From the NCBI GenBank assembly GCA_001275005.1, contig JWZX01002477.1, forward strand, positions 1 through 34,171: DNA of 34,171 nt, in the 5' to 3' direction. Below, piece by piece: positions 27,056 through 34,171 of this stretch. Each line of letters opens with the position of its first letter. Position 1 is the first letter of the stretch. The position numbers and the translations under genes are program-made. The notes beneath the pieces are model-generated. The model had not been told where the DNA came from and did not search any database. It worked only from the letters and a program-made list of their open reading frames with translations. This DNA comes from Chrysochromulina tobinii. Taxonomy: Eukaryota.

Positions 27056-29488
27056 ACCGCCGCTCCGCCCTCGCAGCCGGCGATGGGCGTAACGGTTGTG
27101 GGGGATGATGACCAGTCGATATACTCGTTCCGAGGCGCCCAGCCCGGTGTCTTTGGCGTCTTCCAACGGCACGTCACCGGCGCGCGCGCGATCACGCTCT
27201 CACAGAACTATCGCTCGACGCGGAACATTGTGCAGGCGGCCACAGCCGTCATCAAGCACAACCCCGGGCGCGTCGACAAACAGGTCTTCACGGACGCGGC
27301 GCCAGGCCGCAAGGTCGAGCTGTGCGAATGCCGCAACGCGCACTTGGAGGCGGACTGGGTCGTCTCGCGCGTGCTCGCGCTGCAGCAGCAGGGGACGCCG
27401 CTTAGCTCGATCGCCGTCCTCTACCGGACGCACGCTGTGGGGCGCGAGATTTACAAGGCACTCAAGGACCATCACATCGCGCGCGCCGCCTCCTCGGCGG
27501 ACGTCTTCGCGCGCCCCGACATCGCGCCGCTGGTGAACGTGCTACGGCTCATCGCCAACCCGCACGACGACGCCGCCTTCCGCCTAGTCGCCACTGGCAC
27601 CGCCCCGGCATTCGACGGCGCGCTTCTCGACGTGCTGAGTACCGAGGCGCTCCGGACCAAGGCTTCGCTCTACCAGGCCGCTCGGCAGCTGCACGCGGCG
27701 TCCTCTGGCTTCTTTGGCGCGCCCACAACGGTGCCCACACCGGCCGCCGCGCCTTCGCCCCTCGTGGGCGCACCCTCGCCCTACCGCCCCCCGCCCTCGC
27801 CCTACAACCCCGCGCCCTCGCCCTTTGGCGCCCACGGCGGCGCCGGCGAGCCCGCCGCCACGCCTTATGGCGCCCACGGCAGCGCTCGAGCGGCCGCGGC
27901 GCTTGATGACGCCTCTCGTCGAGCACTCCACACTCTGCTGCACAAGCTCGACGAGCTGACGACGACCGCGCGTCGCGAGACGCCGAGCGCGCTGCTGCAG
28001 GCCATCATCCGCAGCGGCGTGCAGGTGGCTCTCAATCCGCAGGCACCTCCGCACGGCGCTAAGCTGCTGGCCGATGAGCTCGCCACGGCGCTACCCCACG
28101 CGCCCGCCCAGCCTGAGAGCCTCCACCTGCCGCCCGCCACGCCCGCCGGTGGTTACGCCGGTGGTTACGCCGGTGGTTACGCCGGCGGTTACGACAGCAG
28201 CGCCGCCGCTGCGCGCATGCCGCCGCCGCCGCGCCCCGCCGACAAGCTGACGGCGCTCCGCCATTTCCTGGAGCACCAGGCGCTGTCCGAGGTCGAGTTT
28301 GCAGGCGTGGATGGGCGCGACGCCAAGGCGGGCGTCTCCCTGAGCACCATCCACGGCGCCAAGGGCCGCGAGTGGCCCGTCGTGCTCGTCGTGCGTGTCA
28401 ACGAGGACATCTTGCCATTGTGCCTCGGCGCCGCCGACGAGGGGGGCGGCGCCTCGGCAGAATGCGTGGCCGAGGAGCGCCGTCTCCTGTACGTGGCGAT
28501 GACGCGCGCGCGCGAGCAGCTACTGCTCTCGTACGTAATGATGGGCGAGGACAAGGTGCCGAGCTGATTGCCCCTGATGAGCGCTGATTGCCTCCCCCAT
28601 CAGGTGCCGAGCTGATTGCCCCTGATGAGCGCTGATTGCCTCCCCCATCAGGTGCCGAGCTGATTGCCCCTGATGAGCGCTGATTGCCTCCCCCATCAGG
28701 TGCCGAGCAGCGCCTCCCGCTTCCTCAAGGGCATTCCCGCCGAGCTGCTTGAGCACACGTGCCACATGGAGCTGCTCAATAAGCCAACCGCCCGCCGCGA
28801 CACCAACGGCGCAAACTTTGCGCAGCCGCCGCCGCGCCCGCCGCCGGCGCATGCGGCGCACGGCCTCCCCCGAGCTGGGGGCGCGAGCGACGCCCGTCAC
28901 GACGCCCGTCTGGCCTCTCAAGCCGCAGCCGGCGGCGCCGCCGCGCTGGCCGCTGGCGCCACCGCGCTGGCTGCTGGCTTGGGCTCTCAGCCTGTGGGCT
29001 CTCAGCCTGCAATGAGGGAGGCCATCAGTGGCTCCCAAGCGGAGGGTGAGAGGCCGACGGGCGCCGTGACGGGCGCCGTGACGGGCGCCGTCGGAGCGCA
29101 CCTCGCACGTTGGCAGGAGGCGCACGCGCGCAAGGAGCACGAGCGGCGCGCGCGCAAGGAGAAGGAGCAGGCGCGCAAGGCGGAGAAAGAGGCCGCCAAC
29201 GAGGCCGCGGCAGGGGAGGGAGAGGCGAGCGGCTCGAGGGCTCCGAGGGCGCCCAAGGCGGCGCTCAAGGCGGCGCCCAAGGCACCAAGCAGCAAGGCGG
29301 CGGGCGCTGTGTCGGGCGCTGTGACGGGCGCTGTGTCGGGCGCTGTGTCGGGCGCTATCCCAAGCAGCAAGGCGGCTGGCAAGGCGCGGGTGCCGCCAGC
29401 TGGGGATCCGCCGCCGGCAAAGAAGGCCAAATCGAAGCGGATCGTCGTGGACGACGAGGACAGCGAGGACAACGACCTCTTCGACTGA
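25499..29488 (+). CDS. Superfamily 1A DNA helicase, UvrD/PcrA/Srs2-like, ~1281 aa; exons 25499-28555 and 28700-29488
   Basis: LNEAQ (Q), APAGAGKT (I), LTFTRKAA (Ia), TFHGWC, VDEYQDTN (II), VGDDDQSIYSFRGA (III), LSQNYRS (IV), STIHGAKGREW (V), EERRLLYVAMTRAR (VI), and SRFLKGIP after splicing. Further in-frame introns inside low-complexity inserts cannot be excluded. Confidence 0.93.
28556..28699 (+). repeat. 144-nt intron made of three identical 48-nt GT..AG units
   Basis: (GTGCCGAGCTGATTGCCCCTGATGAGCGCTGATTGCCTCCCCCATCAG)x3 at 28556-28603, 28604-28651 and 28652-28699; removal joins GEDK to VPSSASRFL in frame. Confidence 0.92.
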
Positions 29489-29735
29489 GCACAGCTCGCG
29501 CTCCAACAGGAGCACGTGGTAGGAGCGTGTGAGCATCGACACACTGTTCCACAGAGGACTGAGAACTCTGCGGCATGAGCACATGCAATCAAATCGGACC
29601 GGGCGGGTTCGTGTTCCGGCCGGTTTCGTTCGGAGAGCAACCAGCAACGGAAGCGTTTTGAGGAGCGGTTAGTATCGTTATCGGTTGCGTGAAAATAACG
29701 CAGAACTAATCCTACGAGCTACGATCGAACGCGTG

Positions 29736-31169
29736 TCAGCTGATATCTGGCGCAAGATCAGTCGTAGCCGTGGTCGCCCGCTGCGCCTCGAGGTACGCTC
29801 TGTACACAAGGAGAGGCGCCGTCGTGGGCGGCATCGGCGTCTGCGCGGGCTCGCGCATCCCATCTGGCGGCTCGCCGGCGGCCTCGAGCATACAAGTGAT
29901 GTCGGCGTCGTACCCGCTCAGGTCGCCGCACGCCACAAAGGGCAAGATCAGCCTCGCCAACTCGGCGCTCAACTCGGCGCTCTCGGCGCTCAACTCGGCG
30001 CTCTCGGTGGTAGCTGCCGCCGCCGCCGCCGGCGGGTCGCAGCATCCGCCGTCCCGACCATCCACGCTAGCGCACAAGGCGCCGCCCCCACCGCCGCCGC
30101 CGCACTCGCTGGCCGCCATGAGTGCGCTGCTGTAGTTGTCCGTGGTGATGCGCTGTAGGTGACCGCGCTCGAAGCCCTCGGGCAGCACAAAGCCCCGCGC
30201 GACGACGAAAGCTTCGACGGACGACGTGCGCGACGAGCTGGGCTTGGCAATGTAGACGTCGGGGAAGAAGATGCGGAGCTGCGAGCGACGCGAATGATAT
30301 GGAGACGAGGGGAGCAGGCAGGGTGTGAATATGGAGACGAGGGGAGCAGCAAGGTGTGCGAGCGAGGGCGGCATGGGTGAGATGCGGAGTGGTGTGGCAC
30401 AAGGCTCAAGGGCGCATGGATCAGCAGGTTGCGCAGATGGGCCAGGCCGTTAGGGCCGTTAGAGCCGTATGTCAGTTTGGGAGTGTCTCTCATCAATCCA
30501 AGCGTTTCCGCTGTGAAGGTACAGATAGTGGTAGTAGCGACTCGTTCTTCACCCATACGGCGGCCAGAGGGGCGGTATGTGCGGCGAGCGTGCGTGCCCA
30601 GGCCCTGCGCGCGATCTCGTCCGCATGTGCCGCACCTGAGCGTACAGCAGTGACGTGTTGCGGCTACGGAAGATTTTGGCCACAAAGGTACCGCCCGTGC
30701 GCAGCAGCTGTGTGGTGATCGAGAGGGCGGAGAGGAGCAGCTGAGCTTGGATGTACTCATCCAGGTCGTGCATGCCGCTCACGTCCGGCGCGCCGTCACA
30801 CACGACCAGGTCTGCAAACCGCTCGGCATCACCCTCGCGGAACTGGGCGAGCACCTCGTCTACCGTAGCCTGCGAGGTGATGTCGCCGGCGATGAGATGA
30901 ACGCCCTCAATGGGCGCCATCTCCTGCAAATCGACCGCAACGATGCGCACGTCTGCACGATCGGCAGCCGGCGCCCCGCGAAGCAGCCTACGGCTCAGTA
31001 CTTGACTCCAGCTGCCTGGCGCTGCGCACAGGTCGACCGCGCGGCGCACGCCCGAAAAGAGGTCGAACTGCTCGTCGAGTTGCAGCAGCTTGAAGGCCGA
31101 ACGTGCACGCCAGCCCTCCTCCTTGGCCTTGCGGTAGTAAATGTCGCGCTTGTCCCTGGGCTTCCCCAT
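29736..31169 (-). CDS. TRM7: tRNA (C32/G34) 2'-O-methyltransferase Trm7/FTSJ1, 358 aa; exons 31169-30636 and 30278-29736
   Basis: [88 protein letters not shown] tetrad intact. Confidence 0.95.
30279..30635 (-). other. Spliceosomal intron (357 nt, phase 0) in TRM7
   Basis: CAG|GTGCGG donor, CGCTCGCAG|CTC acceptor; removal gives LLYAQLRIFF. Contains an internal direct repeat ATATGGAGACGAGGGGAGCAG x2. Confidence 0.92.
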
Positions 31170-31576
31170 TTCGTGGGTAGTAGGTGCGCGTGTGCAGTGC
31201 GCGTGCGACTTGTGTGCGAGTGCGTCGCGTGCCCGGCCAGCGGGTGTCAGTGTGAACGTTAACACGACAGACGCGACAACCGGTGCTGCAGTGTGAATAA
31301 GGGGGTACCGCGTGGAGAACCCCTTAGGAACTGGGTTTTGACAACCTGAGATGTAACGACCTCAACTGACTTCTACCGGTAACGTCGTGAAAGGACATGC
31401 GTACTTGACTTGACTCGTAACCTGGCCCCTGAAACACGTGGCCTAAGTGTAGGCTGAGGGAGCACGTTCTGCGTCCGCGGCCGGCTGAGGGAAAACGAGA
31501 TGTTTGCTCGTCAGACTCGTAACGGAATTGTCAAGCAACTCACGAGCGCACCGCTCGGAAGGCTCCCCTCGACGCC

Positions 31577-33079
31577 ATGAGCCAATCCGTACCCGCATCG
31601 CGCCCCGGCTCTGGCTCACCTGCAGTGCAGCTCGCGCCGCTCTCCAAGTCGCGCCCGCCAACTCCTCCCCAAGTGCCCTCTGTCGGGGGCAGCGGCCCGC
31701 GCGGGATCAGGATCAGCCGCAGGCAATCGTTAGATGCGGCTCCGCAGGTCGCGCCGCTGGCGGTCACGTTTCTCGATGAAGCGAGCAGCAGCGGTGGCCG
31801 CCGACCAAGCCGCCGCGCCAAGTCGATGGACGACATTCCAGTCATGCCGACCGGAGGCTCGCCGGCATTGTTGAGCGGCTCTGCGGCGAGCGGCAGTGGC
31901 GGCGAGCCACTGGCTCGTGCTCTGCCCCGCCGGTCCAGCCTTGGCAAGTCACCCTTGGGCGAGGATGGCGCGAGACGCCTGCCACCACTTGCGCCGGCGC
32001 CGAGTCCAGGGAAGCGGAAGCGCGCCTCGGGCGGCTTCTCCGGCGAGTCGAGCGCCTTTGGTATCCCGTCGTGGGACGCTGGCGCTGGCTCGAGCTCAGA
32101 CGCCGCACGGCCGGGGTGGAGCGGCGCCGAGCTGCTCATCCCGCCTTCGCCCGACGCGCGGCGCGGGTCCAGCGCGCGTACCCAGCCCGCGACCCTCGCC
32201 GACTTGCTGCCGTCGCCCGCGGTCGGCTTTGGCCATGCGGTCGCTCCGGCCACCATCCCAACAATGGAGCCATCGCCCTTCTCGCCCACCAAGAAACTTC
32301 GCGCGAGCATGGGTGGAATGCGGCTGCGCTCGGCGCGCGGTGAGGGGCCCACCGCAGGGGGGGCGGGCTTCCTCCAGACGGTGTCGGAGGCGCCGCCGCC
32401 CAAGCCGCTGGGCGTCGCGGGGGGTGAGCTTCTACCGGCACAACAACACCGCATCAAGATGGCTATCGGGCTGTGGGAAGTGCACACGGGCATGGGTGGC
32501 ACGATCGGGGCGGCGTGGAAGGCGCTCTTGCGGCGTGAGTTCGCGGCGCTCCGGGATGGAGAGCGCGCCGAGATCGAGCTCGCCGTCGCTCAACACGTCA
32601 AGCAGAGCAACTTTAAGAAACGGGTCGATGAGCGAGCATGGACGAATGAGGAGAAGGATAAGCTCGTGAACCTCTTCCACATCATCGATGCGGACGAGGG
32701 CGGCTCGATCTCGCGGCACGAGTTCCTCGAGATCGCGTCGCTCGCCGAGCTCGGTCGCGCTGAGCTCGGTCGCGTCTTTGATCAGCATGTACTCACCGAC
32801 CGCCGACGCACTGCGCGGACGCCCGGCGGCACCGTCGAACTGACGCTCGCGCAGTTCACACGTCTCATCGAGAACCTGGATGACGCGATGCTCTCCAAGG
32901 TCCGCGCGTGCCTGCACGGGCTCGTCGAGAAGCGGAGTGGGCGGGAATCGCTCCTCGTCTTCGATGACGGCAAGCAGCAGCTGTGGCGCCTGGTGCCCGG
33001 CGGCCGTACCCTCGTGCGCAAGCCCAAGAACACAGAAGCGGGAGGCGCACTCAACACCATCGACTCCATGGTGATGTAG
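31577..33079 (+). CDS. EF-hand Ca2+-binding protein with a long Ser/Pro/Gly-rich disordered N-terminus, 500 aa
   Basis: LFHIIDADEGGSISRHEF is a canonical 12-residue EF loop; the second hand (VFDQH..ELTLAQF) is degenerate with an insertion. Confidence 0.75.
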   Translation: MSQSVPASRPGSGSPAVQLAPLSKSRPPTPPQVPSVGGSGPRGIRISRRQSLDAAPQVAPLAVTFLDEASSSGGRRPSRRAKSMDDIPVMPTGGSPALLSGSAASGSGGEPLARALPRRSSLGKSPLGEDGARRLPPLAPAPSPGKRKRASGGFSGESSAFGIPSWDAGAGSSSDAARPGWSGAELLIPPSPDARRGSSARTQPATLADLLPSPAVGFGHAVAPATIPTMEPSPFSPTKKLRASMGGMRLRSARGEGPTAGGAGFLQTVSEAPPPKPLGVAGGELLPAQQHRIKMAIGLWEVHTGMGGTIGAAWKALLRREFAALRDGERAEIELAVAQHVKQSNFKKRVDERAWTNEEKDKLVNLFHIIDADEGGSISRHEFLEIASLAELGRAELGRVFDQHVLTDRRRTARTPGGTVELTLAQFTRLIENLDDAMLSKVRACLHGLVEKRSGRESLLVFDDGKQQLWRLVPGGRTLVRKPKNTEAGGALNTIDSMVM

Positions 33080-33455
33080 GCCAGTGCCGCGTCTGGGGAC
33101 GCGATGGGAAGGCGTGGTGACTGGAGAGCGGGCAGACGGCAGTCTGAGAACGCGGGGGCACGGCGTTCGGAGGCACGTTGGCTCGGCACAGAGAGTCGGA
33201 CCGCGAGGGACGAGGCGCAGTCCTCAGTCGGTGTCAGTGAGCAGTGCGGTGCGTGCACGTGTGTGTGTCCGTGTGGCACGGGCCATGATTCAATTGCGTG
33301 CCGATGCAGAAAATAATGACGAAATCATTCCCGTGCAACACGGATCCTGTGGGTCTGGGTGCAGAACGCATTTACGTCCGAATTAATCGGCAGTGTCGAA
33401 GTGTGTGCAACCTGCAGTGACCCAGTGACGCCGGTGCGTTTGAGCGGACCATTTC

Positions 33456-34171
33456 TCAAAGTTCGTTTCGCGTGGCAGTGTTTCGCGTGGTCGTGGCTGG
33501 TCGGTACCTTGTGTGTCGATTCAACTGACCCTTTCTCAAAGTTCGTTTCTGTCGGTTTCGGCTCCCATCATCGGCCCCAGGAATCCCCCCAGGAAGGGTA
33601 CCCGGAATTGTAAAGGGAGGGGATTCTCTTGTATTCATACCGGGTACTGTACCAGTTCCCGGTTGTCCTCCACGAGGCTTCTGGCTTGCAGATGGACTGT
33701 TCTTGAGGATGGGTGGCGGTGCTTCGTCGGAGCTCCCGGCGGCCGCCTTCGCCACCACCACGGTCGTCAAATCCCGACTGTTGTGGCGAAGGGGCGGCGG
33801 AAGCGGGGGCGGCGATGGAGGCGGCGGCGACGGGGGCGGCGGCAACGGCGGCGGCGACGGCGACGGCGACGGCGGCGGAGGCGACGGCGACGGCGGCGGC
33901 GGCGACGGCGGGGAGGTCGAGCCCAGAACGAACTCCCCAAAAGAAACAAAGAAATCAGTGAGGGCGAATGAAAGCAAAGAAGGATACGAAAGCGCTGCCC
34001 GGACTGTAAGATTTTGTAACCAGTCGATCGCAGTAGGAGTGATCGTTGAAGCTAGTGCCAGCGCCGAATAGGAAATATCTAAACTGCCCGTCGCATCGAC
34101 CGACGACGAGCCGTACGCGATCGTGCCCTGTGTGAGTGACACCGGGAGCTGACCGTAGTCTGCTTGTACGT
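33456..34171 (-). CDS. 5'-partial protein with an extensin-like SPPPP tract; 3' end uncertain
   Basis: Frame is open to the right edge (VQADYGQLPVSLTQG..); SPPPPSPSPPPP tract at ~33790-33915. The last ~80 codons run through repeat-like DNA and may not be genuine. Confidence 0.5.
   Translation of the reverse strand, partial: VQADYGQLPVSLTQGTIAYGSSSVDATGSLDISYSALALASTITPTAIDWLQNLTVRAALSYPSLLSFALTDFFVSFGEFVLGSTSPPSPPPPSPSPPPPSPSPSPPPLPPPPSPPPPSPPPLPPPLRHNSRDLTTVVVAKAAAGSSDEAPPPILKNSPSASQKPRGGQPGTGTVPGMNTRESPPFTIPGTLPGGIPGADDGSRNRQKRTLRKGQLNRHTRYRPATTTRNTATRNEL

Noticed and set aside
26801..27076. 276-nt in-frame intron between helicase motifs II and III
   Set aside because: GT..AG ends exist, but the donor GTACAG is unlike the GTGCG/GTGCC donors elsewhere in the window and the segment is stop-free; left as a coding insertion pending RNA-seq.
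28520..29647. 375-aa minus ORF with HLMGEAISAHQGQS repeats
   Set aside because: Antisense reading of helicase exon 2 and the intronic 48-mer.

Overview
GC-rich, gene-dense eukaryotic nuclear DNA, not prokaryotic: it has GT-AG spliceosomal introns, a TTAGGG tract and a bipartite plastid presequence. A haptophyte alga is the most likely source (inference; the intron repeat CTGATTGCCTCCC..CATCAG resembles Chrysochromulina-type intronic repeats as I recall them). Genes left to right: (-) a >1000-aa FG-GAP/VCBS beta-propeller protein with 19 near-identical repeats, absent from the ORF track because it runs off the left edge; a ~1.3-kb repeat-rich non-coding block with an interstitial telomere tract; (-) four-domain cNMP-binding protein; (-) S10 serine carboxypeptidase; (+) MAP2K; (-) membrane RING E3 ligase; (+) plastid ABC1K kinase; (-) arylsulfatase; (-) GIY-YIG/zinc-knuckle nuclease resembling giant-virus proteins; (-) GT61 glycosyltransferase; (-) hypothetical gene(s); (+) UvrD/Srs2-like helicase; (-) TRM7; (+) EF-hand protein; (-) partial Pro-rich protein. 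Best leads: (1) the propeller array has a homogenised framework with two hypervariable loops predicted on one face, suggesting a repeat-shuffled recognition receptor; (2) the helicase intron is three abutting perfect 48-nt GT..AG units made with a duplicated exon word; (3) the virus-like nuclease and GT61 lie between 15-bp perfect inverted repeats; (4) the sulfatase has CxCxR in place of CxPxR. All family calls are from motif recognition by eye, with no database search.
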